The translations under genes and the position numbers were made by a program. From positions 1-64,000 of the forward strand of contig JAYZBV010000100.1 of assembly GCA_036338595.1 (NCBI GenBank): 64,000 nt of DNA, given 5' to 3'. This stretch comes from Planctomycetota bacterium. GTDB lineage: Bacteria; Planctomycetota; UBA8108; UBA1146. Under the pieces are notes generated by a model that was not told where the DNA came from, searched no databases, and saw nothing but the letters and a program-made list of their open reading frames with translations. Positions 1-9,720 of the stretch are shown in pieces. The stretch's first letter is position 1; every line of letters begins with the position of its first letter.

Positions 1-735
1 TGGGGACACCACTTCCTCGACAAGCGCTGGGGAGCCACCAACACGATGGTGCTTCTCTTCTCCTCGTTGACGATGGCTCTTGCGGTTCGAGAGGCTCAAC
101 TGGGACGGAAGAATAGAATCCTCTTCTTCCTGATCGTGACCTTCTTGTGCGGGGGAGCGTTCATGGGGATCAAGTACGTCGAGTACTCGAAGAAGTTCCA
201 TGAAGGACTTTTTCCGGGCAAGTACTTCGCCTATGAAAATGTCATCGATGCAGAAGAAGCTCGACTGCACCAGCAGGAACAAGATCTCCTCGCGCATGCG
301 GGCCTTGAGTTGCCAGATGCCAAGGTCGTCGTCGACGAGCCAAAAGCGAGGGGCCAGGTGGGGCAGCCGGCCCTTCCGCCGAGTGGGCTCTCATCCTCTG
401 CGAAGCAGCTGGAGCATCCGGAGGAGAGCGCATCCGGCCATGCTCCCGAGGATGATGGTCATGCACCGGGCCTGGTGATTGCTCCATCCCACTTGCCTCC
501 CGGGCCTCGGCCTGACAACGCCCATGTATTTTTTAGCATCTATTTCTGCCTCACAGGGCTGCACGGGATTCACGTATTGATCGGGATGGGTGTGATGGTG
601 TGGCTGATGGTCCTGGCGCAACAAGGCCGCTTCGGTCCCGGCTACTTCACTCCCGTTGATCTCGGTGGTCTCTACTGGCACCTTGTGGACCTGATCTGGA
701 TCTACCTGTTTCCGTTGCTGTACCTGGTCGAATAG
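1..735 (+). CDS. ctaE: Cytochrome c oxidase subunit III family protein (5'-truncated by window edge), with an ~95-aa hydrophilic insertion
   Basis: Frame is open from base 1 (WGHHFLDKRWGATNTMVLLFSSLTM). COX3 motifs NTxxLLxSSxT, FFSIYFCLTGLHGIHVLIG and YWHLVDLIWIYLFPLLY are present. Confidence 0.92.
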   Translation, partial: WGHHFLDKRWGATNTMVLLFSSLTMALAVREAQLGRKNRILFFLIVTFLCGGAFMGIKYVEYSKKFHEGLFPGKYFAYENVIDAEEARLHQQEQDLLAHAGLELPDAKVVVDEPKARGQVGQPALPPSGLSSSAKQLEHPEESASGHAPEDDGHAPGLVIAPSHLPPGPRPDNAHVFFSIYFCLTGLHGIHVLIGMGVMVWLMVLAQQGRFGPGYFTPVDLGGLYWHLVDLIWIYLFPLLYLVE

Positions 736-743
736 GAGTCCTG

Positions 744-1199
744 ATGGAGAAGATACTCGATAATGTCGATCTCTTGATCCTGTCGGCAGCCTTTGTGAGC
801 CTCATCGCAACCGTTGTGATGTTCAAACGGTCGCGCAACCAGGATTTGGGTCATCCCGAGTTTGGCCACATGACCGGGCCCCCCCTGCTGCTCGTGATCC
901 TGACACTACTGCTGTTCTTGACGTGGATCACGGTGGCGGTTTCGTACCTCGACCTGGGGGGAATGAATGTGATCGTTGCCATGGGTGTCGCCACCATCAA
1001 GGGTAGCCTCGTTGCACTTTATTTCATGCACTTGCGATGGGATCGTCCTTACAATGCCGTCATCCTGGTCGCGTCGCTCTTCTTTCTGGGACTCTTCCTG
1101 AGCTTTGCGTTGCTGGATACTGGCGAGTACAACGATTCATTGATCGATGATCCGTTCCTCAAGATCCCTGCAGAGCAGTTCGGAGTCGAACAGGGCTAG
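744..1199 (+). CDS. ctaF: Prokaryotic cytochrome c oxidase subunit IV family protein (caa3/CtaF-like)
   Basis: LLFLTWITVAVS...VATIKGSLVALYFMHLRWD is the COX4_pro signature; AGGAG RBS; sits between two subunit III genes. Confidence 0.85.
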   Translation: MEKILDNVDLLILSAAFVSLIATVVMFKRSRNQDLGHPEFGHMTGPPLLLVILTLLLFLTWITVAVSYLDLGGMNVIVAMGVATIKGSLVALYFMHLRWDRPYNAVILVASLFFLGLFLSFALLDTGEYNDSLIDDPFLKIPAEQFGVEQG

Positions 1200-1211
1200 T
1201 GCGGAGTTCCG

Positions 1212-1826
1212 GTGTCCTCGGTGCAATCGAGCACAGATCCATTTGACGATTCCCATCGCGATCCGGTTTCGCCTGTACTTGCGCGCATGGGAATGCAACT
1301 GTTCCTGACCTCATTGGCGATCCTTTTCGTGGCCAGCATCGTGGCCATCGTCATCATCCGAAAGAGCAATCCGAACTGGGGTGAAGGGGCGCCTAGAATC
1401 CCCGATCTCGCCTGGCTCAGCACGGCCGTGATGGTGCTTGTGAGTGTATTTTCACAGGCTGGGTTGGCTGCGATCTGTCGCGATTCGATACCCTTCTTTC
1501 GCTTCTGCATGGTGACAGTATTACTCCTCGGATTTGTTTTTCTGTTGCTGCAGGAGCAGGTCTGGACGCAGATGCTGGCGGCAGGTGAGGAGGATTCCTT
1601 CAGCGCTTCCAGCAGTTTGCATGGCTGGAGTATCTACGTTCTGGGCTTGCTCCACGCCATGCACGTGGCCGGGGGGCTGATCTTCCAGGGATATGTGACC
1701 GCTCATGCTCTGGGAGGTGGCTACTGGAGTATGCACTGCGAGGTGGTCCGCCATGTGAACCTGTACTGGCACTTTCTCGATGCGGTGTGGGTCGGGCTCT
1801 TTGCATTCCTGCTGTGGCTCGGCTAG
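1212..1826 (+). CDS. Second, divergent cytochrome c oxidase subunit III family protein
   Basis: About 5 TM helices; GMQLFLTSLAILF, LHAMHVAGG and YWHFLDAVW match COX3 family motifs; GTG start after GGAG. Confidence 0.82.
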   Translation: MSSVQSSTDPFDDSHRDPVSPVLARMGMQLFLTSLAILFVASIVAIVIIRKSNPNWGEGAPRIPDLAWLSTAVMVLVSVFSQAGLAAICRDSIPFFRFCMVTVLLLGFVFLLLQEQVWTQMLAAGEEDSFSASSSLHGWSIYVLGLLHAMHVAGGLIFQGYVTAHALGGGYWSMHCEVVRHVNLYWHFLDAVWVGLFAFLLWLG

Positions 1827-2800
1827 GGATCAAGCCTGGGAATCTCTCGCGCATGGACTGCAAACCAGGATGAGACGACTTGAGCCGTGGCGGGCTGCGT
1901 TCCGGTGAAGGATTCGCTGCTCGCGACCCAACGATCCCCCTGGCGAGTGATCATGACACGCGACAGATTGGCGCGAGAGCCAGCCGGTGGCTGAGGGGAG
2001 TAGGGGTAGCGAGGCCGATCGATCAGTCGATAAGGCCTGAAAGGTTCCTTCTTGTAGTACCTGCGGTGACTCTCGGCCATCCCCAGTACATCCGTATCGG
2101 GATGCTGCTCTCGCCACTTCTTCCAGCTGGTCAGCTGAAACGGCACGAGTGAAAGATGTTCACCGGCACGGACCCCCGAGATGGCCTCACCGTCTGTTGG
2201 GCTCCAGAGGCTCTCGCTGAAACGTTTGCCGGGTCCAAGGCGCTCGTGCATCAGCAGGCAACAGTCGACGACCAGACCACTGGATCCAAATACCAGGGGA
2301 TCGCCATCCGCCGAGGCGGGGCGGTGGAAAACAGTGCTGGTCTCGGAGAGCGGATGGTAGACAACGCCGATCGCAACTCCATTCAACGTGTCATTGACGA
2401 CCTCATGCCACTGAAGTATTCGCAATGGATAAGCTCGAGACCTTCCATCGATGACCACCCCCAGTACCTCGCTGTCGGAGACGAGAAATCGAGTTCTCGG
2501 GTTAGCGCCCAGTTCATCCACCATCTCGACATTCCAGATTCGGGGTTCATCGATGGGGATCACCTCTTCCGGGGCCCCAAATCGAATCAAGGTCGGATCA
2601 GCCATCAAGTCATCCGTGAGGGTGAATCCATTGGTGGACAACGCATCGGGTCCCAGCGATCGTCGCTCCTCGATGGCTTTCAGCAGTGCGGGTATCCGCC
2701 AGGCGATGACTGCGCCGCACATCAATGCGAGCAAGCCCATCAACCAGATCGGAGGCATCAGGTTCGGCCGGGATTTCGGGGATGCTGGATCGATCATCAT
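1823..2800 (-). CDS. DUF3179 family protein with N-terminal membrane anchor
   Basis: IPIDEP, EVLGVVIDGRSRAYPLRILQWHEVVND, FGSSGL, SLWSPTDGEAISG and TSWKKWREQHPDTDVL are typical of DUF3179. Start set at ATG 2800 (MMIDPAS), which overlaps the heme O synthase stop. Confidence 0.8.
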   Translation of the reverse strand: MMIDPASPKSRPNLMPPIWLMGLLALMCGAVIAWRIPALLKAIEERRSLGPDALSTNGFTLTDDLMADPTLIRFGAPEEVIPIDEPRIWNVEMVDELGANPRTRFLVSDSEVLGVVIDGRSRAYPLRILQWHEVVNDTLNGVAIGVVYHPLSETSTVFHRPASADGDPLVFGSSGLVVDCCLLMHERLGPGKRFSESLWSPTDGEAISGVRAGEHLSLVPFQLTSWKKWREQHPDTDVLGMAESHRRYYKKEPFRPYRLIDRPRYPYSPQPPAGSRANLSRVMITRQGDRWVASSESFTGTQPATAQVVSSWFAVHAREIPRLDP

Positions 2801-3774
2801 CCGCCAGCACTTGGATTGGCGACCAGCGCACCGAGTACCAGAGGCAAGTAGATGAGGCTGGCAAGGAAGAGTCGACGAGCAGCAGCGCGATCCCGATCCC
2901 TGGCCAGGCCAAGGGCACGCAATGTCATGAATCCTCCGAGGCTGATGGCAACGGAGAGATAGACCCAACCGGACGCGCCAGTGACCGCAGGAATGAGGCT
3001 CGCAGCGCACAGAAACAGTGACCACATCACGGCTGCTCTGGCGGTCCTGTGGCCTTCCGGGTCGATCACGGGCAGCATCTGAAATCCAGCTCGCTCGTAT
3101 TCTTCCCGGTACATCCAGGCTATCGCCAGGAAGTGGGGGATTTGCCATGCAAACAGGATGAAGAAGAGGGAAAGACCCACGGGGTGCAGGATGTCCGCAC
3201 CGGTGCCGCACCATCCGATGAGAGGTGGGAGTGCACCCGGGATCGCACCTACCAGAGTGTTGAGAGTCGACTTCTTCTTCAGAGGTGTGTAGATGAGGAT
3301 ATAGAGCATCAGACTCAGGATTCCGAGAAAACTCGCCAACTCGTTTCCTGCGATGTACAGCAGTGCAGTCCCGCAGAAGCCGGTCAGCACGCTGTAGACA
3401 AAGATTACCTTACCGCCGATTCTGCCGGTTGCCGTGGCGCGGTTGGCCGTCCTCTTCATCAACTGGTCAGGCTGTCTCTCGAAATACTGATTGAGTGCAT
3501 TGGCGGATGCGGCGAGCAGTGCAGTGCCCCCTGCGAGTCCTGCCATCTGCAGCAAGCGGTCGAGCATCTCCGGAGTCGTGAGTGGCCGGGATGGATTCCC
3601 GATGAAGGGCCATGCTGCAGCGACACCCAGTGCCGCGGTGATCACGACCAGCAGCGACAATCTTGGCTTGGCCAACTGGTACAGATCGGATGCGAATCCC
3701 GGATCGGTGGAGTTCTCCGATTCGCGCTCTGGCTGATCGTGAGAGGATTCGGCCAAGTCTGCTCCTACCTGCAC
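2797..3774 (-). CDS. cyoE: Protoheme IX farnesyltransferase (heme O synthase)
   Basis: LAKPRLSLLV, NALNQYFERQPDQLMKRTANR, YTPLKK, VGAIPGALPPLIGW and WQIPHFLAIAW. Confidence 0.96.
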   Translation of the reverse strand: MQVGADLAESSHDQPERESENSTDPGFASDLYQLAKPRLSLLVVITAALGVAAAWPFIGNPSRPLTTPEMLDRLLQMAGLAGGTALLAASANALNQYFERQPDQLMKRTANRATATGRIGGKVIFVYSVLTGFCGTALLYIAGNELASFLGILSLMLYILIYTPLKKKSTLNTLVGAIPGALPPLIGWCGTGADILHPVGLSLFFILFAWQIPHFLAIAWMYREEYERAGFQMLPVIDPEGHRTARAAVMWSLFLCAASLIPAVTGASGWVYLSVAISLGGFMTLRALGLARDRDRAAARRLFLASLIYLPLVLGALVANPSAGG

Positions 3775-3858
3775 TGGAGTGTTGAGTCACACTGACAGAG
3801 AAAGTGTAGGGCCCCGCACCTAACGCTACCACCAGAGCCGATGAGGTCCCCGGAACGC

Positions 3859-3887
3859 TTGACTCGTGCTGTCTGAAGCGAGACAAT
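3859..3887 (+). promoter_or_regulatory. Putative sigma70 promoter of the Rrf2-suf operon
   Basis: TTGACT (3859-3864), a 17-nt spacer, then GACAAT (3882-3887). Confidence 0.55.
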
Positions 3888-3889
3888 CG

Positions 3890-3914
3890 AAAGAGTACTA
3901 TTTTGGTACGGATT
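3890..3914. promoter_or_regulatory. Putative Rrf2/IscR-like operator
   Basis: AT-rich imperfect inverted repeat AAAGA-GTACTA-TTT-TGGTAC-GGATT over the predicted transcription start; geometry resembles the IscR type-1 site (ACT-N5-[A/G]GT core). Confidence 0.5.
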
Positions 3915-3975
3915 ACCAGAACCTGGGTCTGAAGCCAGAAACGGTGCTGTAGAGCCATCGGGGAAGCAGGAAGCC

Positions 3976-4461
3976 ATCTTCAAGATCACTCGCCAGACTG
4001 ACTATGGGATTCTCATCCTGACCTCCCTTGCGCAGGGCATGGCCTCGGATGTCGACCCGATGAGGGTCTATTCTGCTCCCGAGATTGCCTGTTTGACCGG
4101 TCTCGCATTGCCCAATGTCAGCAAGATCCTCAAGGCTCTGGTCAGAGCGCAACTGCTCGAGTCTCGTCGTGGAGTGCAGGGAGGATACAGGCTCGCTCGG
4201 CCTCCCGAACAGATCAACGTGCAACAGATGGTCGAAGCACTCGATGGTCCCATCTCACTGACCGTATGCGCGGACTCCGGACCTGAAGATTGCGAAATCG
4301 GATCCCTCTGTCCACTCAGTTCCAACTGGAAGTTCATCAATGATCGAATCTGTGACACCTTGAATTCCATCACTCTTGAGCAGATGGCTGTGCCTGGGGG
4401 AGCGTTGCCTCCACTGGCAGCCTCACCCATCGGCGATGCATCGGAGGTTGAAGATGTCTGA
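3976..4461 (+). CDS. SUF system Rrf2-family Fe-S cluster assembly regulator
   Basis: The conserved N-terminus (I/M)[14 protein letters not shown] begins at ATC 3976, upstream of the ORF-track ATG 4039. w[16 protein letters not shown] and three Cys (C-X7-C-X5-C); directly precedes sufB. Confidence 0.9.
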   Translation: MFKITRQTDYGILILTSLAQGMASDVDPMRVYSAPEIACLTGLALPNVSKILKALVRAQLLESRRGVQGGYRLARPPEQINVQQMVEALDGPISLTVCADSGPEDCEIGSLCPLSSNWKFINDRICDTLNSITLEQMAVPGGALPPLAASPIGDASEVEDV

Positions 4462-5896
4462 GGCAGATGAACTGAGGGAACTCGCCGACAAAGAATATGA
4501 GTTTGGCTTTGTGACCGATGTGGAATCGGACTCTTTGCCCCCCGGCCTCGATGAGGGCACGATCAAGGAGATCTCTCGGCGCAAGTGCGAGCCGGAGTGG
4601 TTGTTGGAGTACCGCCTGAAAGCCTATCGACACTGGATCACGATGACGGATCCCAGCTGGGCCAAGGTCAAACGAAACACCATCGATTACCAGCAGATCA
4701 TCTATTACAGCGCGCCGAAGGCGAAGAAGTCGATCGACAGCCTGGATGAGGTGGATCCGGAACTGCTGGAGACCTTCGAAAAACTTGGAATCTCGCTCGA
4801 TGAGCAGAAGCGACTCTCAGGTGTGGCAGTGGATGCTGTGTTCGACAGCGTTTCCGTGGCCACCACCTTCAGCGATAAACTCGCCGATCTGGGCATCATC
4901 TTCGGCTCCTTTTCAGACGCGGTGAAAGAGCACCCCGAACTGGTCAAGAAATACCTCGGGTCGGTGGTCCCGTACACGGATAACTTCTTTGCTGCACTCA
5001 ACGCTGCGGTGTTTTCAGATGGGTCCTTCTGTTACATCCCCGCCGGTGTGCGGTGCCCGATGGAACTCTCGACCTACTTCAGGATCAATGCTGCCGGAAC
5101 GGGTCAGTTCGAGAGAACACTCATCGTCGCAGATGAGCGATCCACCGTCTCGTATCTCGAGGGCTGCACGGCTCCGATGCGTGACGAGAACCAGTTGCAC
5201 GCTGCAGTGGTGGAACTGGTCGCACTCGAGGAAGCCACCATCAAATACTCGACAGTTCAGAACTGGTACCCGGGGGACTCCGAAGGAGTGGGTGGGATCT
5301 ACAATTTTGTGACCAAGAGGGGAATGTGCAGGGGGGATCGATCAAAGATCTCCTGGACTCAGGTCGAGACGGGATCTGCAGTGACATGGAAATATCCTTC
5401 CTGCGTGCTGCTCGGGGATGAATCGGTGGGCGAGTTCTATTCGGTTGCCCTGACCAACAACATGCAGCAGGCCGATACCGGCACAAAGATGGTTCACATT
5501 GGTAAAGGAACCAGTAGCACCATCATTTCCAAGGGGATCAGCGCAGGACGAGGCCAAAATACCTATCGGGGGCTCGTGGATGTGAAGAAAGGCGCAGTGG
5601 ACGCCAGGAACTTCTCACAATGTGACTCCATGTTGCTCGGAGACCGATGCGGTGCGCATACCTTTCCCTACATCGAGGTGCGTAATCCAACTGCGAAGGT
5701 CGAGCACGAAGCGACCACGTCAAAAATCGGTGAGGACCAGATCTTTTACTGCAACCAGCGAGGTATCTCGACCGAGGACGCAATCTCGATGATCGTGAAT
5801 GGATTCTGTAAGGAAGTATTCAGTGAACTCCCGATGGAGTTTGCCGTCGAAGCCCAGAAGTTGCTCGCGGTGAGTCTCGAGGGGAGTGTCGGCTAG
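4454..5896 (+). CDS. sufB: Fe-S cluster assembly protein SufB
   Basis: [53 protein letters not shown]; start MSEADE after GGAGG. Confidence 0.98.
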   Translation: MSEADELRELADKEYEFGFVTDVESDSLPPGLDEGTIKEISRRKCEPEWLLEYRLKAYRHWITMTDPSWAKVKRNTIDYQQIIYYSAPKAKKSIDSLDEVDPELLETFEKLGISLDEQKRLSGVAVDAVFDSVSVATTFSDKLADLGIIFGSFSDAVKEHPELVKKYLGSVVPYTDNFFAALNAAVFSDGSFCYIPAGVRCPMELSTYFRINAAGTGQFERTLIVADERSTVSYLEGCTAPMRDENQLHAAVVELVALEEATIKYSTVQNWYPGDSEGVGGIYNFVTKRGMCRGDRSKISWTQVETGSAVTWKYPSCVLLGDESVGEFYSVALTNNMQQADTGTKMVHIGKGTSSTIISKGISAGRGQNTYRGLVDVKKGAVDARNFSQCDSMLLGDRCGAHTFPYIEVRNPTAKVEHEATTSKIGEDQIFYCNQRGISTEDAISMIVNGFCKEVFSELPMEFAVEAQKLLAVSLEGSVG

Positions 5897-6688
5897 ATGA
5901 CAGGAAAGAAGGCAAAACAGATGCTCGAGATCAAGGGGCTTCATGCCTCGGTCGAAAGAACTGAAATCCTCAAGGGGTTGGACCTTGAAGTTGGAGCAGG
6001 AGAGGTCCATGCAATCATGGGCCCCAACGGTTCCGGAAAGAGCACGCTCGCAAACGTCCTCGCAGGGCGCGAGGAGTACCAGGTGGATTCTGGCACCGTG
6101 AAATACAACGGTCTGGACCTCCTGGAACTGGCCGCAGACGAACGAGCCTGCGAGGGGATCTTCATGGCGTTCCAGTATCCGGTGTCGATTCCGGGTATTT
6201 CCAACGCGTACTTTTTACGCTCCGCATTGAACGCTCTGCGTAGGTATCGGGATGAGCCCGAGATCGATGCTGTCGATTTTCTGGATCTGGTGAGATCGAA
6301 GATGGACCTTGTCGGTATGGACCAGAAGCTGCTGCAGCGAGCGGTGAATGACGGCTTCAGCGGTGGTGAGAAGAAGCGAAACGAGATCCTTCAGATGGCG
6401 GTGCTCGATCCGAAACTGTCCATCCTGGATGAGACCGACTCTGGCCTCGACATCGATGCACTCCGAGTGGTTGCGGAGGGAGTCAATGTTCTCCGAAGAG
6501 AGGACAGAGCCTTCATCGTCGTGACCCACTATCAGAGACTGCTCGATTACATTGTTCCGGATCGTGTTCATGTTCTTTCTGGAGGTAGGATCGTGCGATC
6601 CGGCGGCAAGGAACTGGCACTGGAACTGGAAAAAGAGGGCTACTCCTGGCTTGAGGCGGATGACGCCAAGGCCGGGAGCGGTGCATAG
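5897..6688 (+). CDS. sufC: Fe-S cluster assembly ATPase SufC
   Basis: GPNGSGKS, FSGGEKKRNEILQ, LDETDSGLDIDAL and THYQRLL; alternative start at 5921. Confidence 0.98.
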   Translation: MTGKKAKQMLEIKGLHASVERTEILKGLDLEVGAGEVHAIMGPNGSGKSTLANVLAGREEYQVDSGTVKYNGLDLLELAADERACEGIFMAFQYPVSIPGISNAYFLRSALNALRRYRDEPEIDAVDFLDLVRSKMDLVGMDQKLLQRAVNDGFSGGEKKRNEILQMAVLDPKLSILDETDSGLDIDALRVVAEGVNVLRREDRAFIVVTHYQRLLDYIVPDRVHVLSGGRIVRSGGKELALELEKEGYSWLEADDAKAGSGA

Positions 6689-6695
6689 GGGGCAA

Positions 6696-8018
6696 ATGGC
6701 AACCAATGCGATCGATGCGTGGACCGATTCGGTCAGTAAGCGAAGCCAGAGTCATGAAGATCTGGTGCTCGGGTTGAAGCAGCGGCGTGCCGATGCGTTG
6801 GACAAATTTGCTCAGGTGGGTTTTCCGGGGCGCAAGCATGAGGAGTGGAGATACACACCTCTGACATCCATCGCCTCCGGCCCCTGCAGTGCCGTGCTGG
6901 ACCGTTCCGGAACACTGTTGGATCGCAACTTGCTCCCTGTCGATGCCAAGGGGGTTGCCAGAATCGTGATCGATAACGGTGAGTACCGTGACGATCTGTC
7001 CGATCTCTCTGCCGTGGGCAATCACGTTCAGGTGAGGTCGCTGGCATCGATGAGGCGAGACCACCCTGAACAGTTGTCCGAACATCTGGCCAGGGCTTTT
7101 CCAGCCGATGATCACCCTTTTCATTGTCTCTCGGATGCATTGCTAGAGGATGGAGTCATCATCGATGTGGCACCGTTTGGTGATGTGGATGGTGAGGTGG
7201 CTTCGATTCACCTCGTTCACTACTTCGATGGCTCGAAGGGACCTGGTTCCGCGCATACGACCGGTCTACTTCACATCGCCCGGGGAGCCAGGATTCGACT
7301 GATCGAGGAGATTCACTGCCAGGGAGAGGTGCTCGGGAATATTCGCTGGGGAGTCGAACTGGCCGAGGGGGCAGATGTCCACAGAATCCGGGCATTCAGA
7401 TCCGGGTGTGCATCGATCTTTCACGGTACACGTGTGGTACAGCAGCAGGACTCTCGATTCGAGGATGTCTTCACCTGCGCCGGCGCGGATCTGGTCCGAA
7501 ATGAGATTCATATCCTTCATGAAGGTAGAGGTTGTCATGCAGAGCTACTTGGAGCCTATGTCGCTCGTGGGTCAGAGCATATTGATAATCACACCACCAT
7601 CGACCATCAGGTGGAAGATTGCACCAGCAGAGAAGTTTACCGGGGTGTGCTCTCGGACAGGTCTCGGGGTGTGTTCAGCGGCATGATTCATGTTCACGAG
7701 GGAGCTCAGAGAACAGACGCAGTCCAATCCAATGACACCATCTTGCTGTCAGCCGATGCGGAAGCCGATTCAAGACCGAGGTTGGAGATCTATGCCGACG
7801 ATGTGAAATGCACACACGGCGCCACGGTCGGGGAACTCGATGAGGACGCGCTATTTTATCTGCGCTCTCGTGGGATCTCTCTCGAGCAGGCCAGAAGGAT
7901 GATGGTCAGAGCGTTCACATCTGAAATCCTGGTGGCTGCAGGCTCCGAGGTAGTGAGCGACTTCATCGTCGAAGAATTGCAGCAGGCGATCGAATTGGCG
8001 GAAGAAGCAACTTCATGA
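6696..8018 (+). CDS. sufD: Fe-S cluster assembly protein SufD
   Basis: FPGRKHEEWRYT and PRLEIYADDVKCTHGATVGELDEDALFYLRSRGI; start MATNAI. Confidence 0.96.
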   Translation: MATNAIDAWTDSVSKRSQSHEDLVLGLKQRRADALDKFAQVGFPGRKHEEWRYTPLTSIASGPCSAVLDRSGTLLDRNLLPVDAKGVARIVIDNGEYRDDLSDLSAVGNHVQVRSLASMRRDHPEQLSEHLARAFPADDHPFHCLSDALLEDGVIIDVAPFGDVDGEVASIHLVHYFDGSKGPGSAHTTGLLHIARGARIRLIEEIHCQGEVLGNIRWGVELAEGADVHRIRAFRSGCASIFHGTRVVQQQDSRFEDVFTCAGADLVRNEIHILHEGRGCHAELLGAYVARGSEHIDNHTTIDHQVEDCTSREVYRGVLSDRSRGVFSGMIHVHEGAQRTDAVQSNDTILLSADAEADSRPRLEIYADDVKCTHGATVGELDEDALFYLRSRGISLEQARRMMVRAFTSEILVAAGSEVVSDFIVEELQQAIELAEEATS

Positions 8019-9271
8019 GTCGCCGATCACCCACCGGAGAGTCAAGGGTCCCGTTTGCGGATCTGGCCGAGGTGAGATCCCAGTTCCCATGTCTCCAGCA
8101 ACAGATTCATGGCAATCAACTGGTCTATCTCGACAGTGCTGCTACCAGCCAGAAGCCCAGACAGGTGATCGAAGCCGTGGACTCGTATTACCGGGAGCAC
8201 TGCTCCAATGTGCACCGGGGGGTTCACACCCTCAGCGAGCGGGCCACGAGTCTATACGAGGGAGTGCGCCCGAAGGTCGCTGCGTTGATCAATGCTCCTG
8301 ATCCACACGGTGTGATCTTCACCCGGAGTACGACCGAGGGAATCAATCTGGTGGCACGGACGATCGGTCGAAGCCGTGTGGGTGAGGGCGATGAGGTCCT
8401 GATCAGTGCCATGGAACATCATGCGAACATCGTCCCCTGGCAGATGCTCTGCGAAGAACAGGGGGCAAGCCTCCGGGTGATCCCCTGTGACGAGAAGGGT
8501 GATCTGATCCTGAACGATCTCGGTTCATTGATCACGGAGCGCACAAAGGTCGTCTCGGTCGGCTATGTCTCCAATGCAGTGGGGACGATGCACGATGTAA
8601 AGAAGATCATCTCGGCAGCTCGTGCCAGCGGTGCGCTGACCTTGATCGATGCGGCTCAGGCCATCTCGCATATGCCTGTCGATGTTGAGGACCTGGAGTG
8701 CGACTTTCTCGCATTCAGCGGCCACAAGATGTACGGACCTACCGGAATAGGAGTGCTCTGGGGAAGAAAAGAGTTGCTCGACCAGATGGGCCCGTGGCAG
8801 GGGGGCGGGGATATGATCCGAACCGTCTCCTTCGAACGATCCACATACGCTGAAACACCGTGGAAATTCGAAGCGGGAACTCCCGATATCGCTGGCGCCA
8901 TCGGTCTCGGAGCCGCTGTGGATTTTCTCAACGATGTTGGATTCGAGACGATTCAGGATCACGAGAGCCAGCTTGTGGCTGAGGCGGAGGCGAGGCTGGA
9001 CCAGGTAGAAGGCTTGAGCATCATCGGCCGCCCTTCGCACCGGATCTCGGTCATCTCCTTCATCCTCGATGGGATCCATCCCCATGACGCAGGCACCATC
9101 ATCGACCAGCATTCCGTGGCCATCAGGGCGGGCCATCACTGTGCGATGCCATTGATGAAACATTTCGGAGTTCCAGCGACAATTCGTGCATCTTTTGCCA
9201 TCTACAACACACACGATGAGATGGAAGCACTGATCGCTGCCATCGAAAGCGTGAAAGCAATTTTCAGATGA
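8015..9271 (+). CDS. sufS: Cysteine desulfurase SufS
   Basis: YLDSAATSQKP, FSGHKMYGPTGIG (PLP lysine) and RAGHHCA (catalytic Cys). Confidence 0.97.
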   Translation: MSRRSPTGESRVPFADLAEVRSQFPCLQQQIHGNQLVYLDSAATSQKPRQVIEAVDSYYREHCSNVHRGVHTLSERATSLYEGVRPKVAALINAPDPHGVIFTRSTTEGINLVARTIGRSRVGEGDEVLISAMEHHANIVPWQMLCEEQGASLRVIPCDEKGDLILNDLGSLITERTKVVSVGYVSNAVGTMHDVKKIISAARASGALTLIDAAQAISHMPVDVEDLECDFLAFSGHKMYGPTGIGVLWGRKELLDQMGPWQGGGDMIRTVSFERSTYAETPWKFEAGTPDIAGAIGLGAAVDFLNDVGFETIQDHESQLVAEAEARLDQVEGLSIIGRPSHRISVISFILDGIHPHDAGTIIDQHSVAIRAGHHCAMPLMKHFGVPATIRASFAIYNTHDEMEALIAAIESVKAIFR

Positions 9272-9720
9272 ACGACATCAGAGAACTGTATCAGGAGATG
9301 ATCCTGGATCACTCCAGGTCTCCGCGAAACTTTGGTCCACTTGATCGGGAGAACCTCACGGCACACGGGCACAATCCCTTATGCGGAGATGATGTTTCGA
9401 TTCACATCTACAGATCTCCAGCAGGAGTCATCGAGGAGATCACCTTCGAGGGATCTGGTTGCGCCATCTCGACGGCTTCTGCTTCGATCCTTACCGGGGT
9501 TCTCAAGGGTCGCCTCGAGGAGGATGTGAGGATGGTCTTTTCCAGTTTTCGCAACATGGTCGCAGCCGATGGCGAGACACCCTCCGGGGATGGGCTCGGG
9601 AAACTGGCGGTGTTCTCGGGAGTCAGGCAATATCCGTCCAGGATCAAGTGTGCGACGCTATGCTGGCACACGATGATCCAGGCCCTCGACGGGAACAAGG
9701 AAGAGGTCAGAACCGAATGA
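9268..9720 (+). CDS. sufU: SUF system NifU-family protein SufU
   Basis: LYQEMILDH, NPLCGD, GCAISTAS and RIKCATL. Confidence 0.95.
   Translation: MNDIRELYQEMILDHSRSPRNFGPLDRENLTAHGHNPLCGDDVSIHIYRSPAGVIEEITFEGSGCAISTASASILTGVLKGRLEEDVRMVFSSFRNMVAADGETPSGDGLGKLAVFSGVRQYPSRIKCATLCWHTMIQALDGNKEEVRTE

Noticed and set aside
1823..2800. Selenocysteine recoding in the DUF3179 gene
   Set aside because: No in-frame TGA; the motif position encodes HPLS and the gene ends in TAG.
3841..3975. Rrf2 start at ATG 3841 with TGA read-through
   Set aside because: It needs read-through at 3874, lies upstream of the predicted promoter, and adds residues with no family resemblance.
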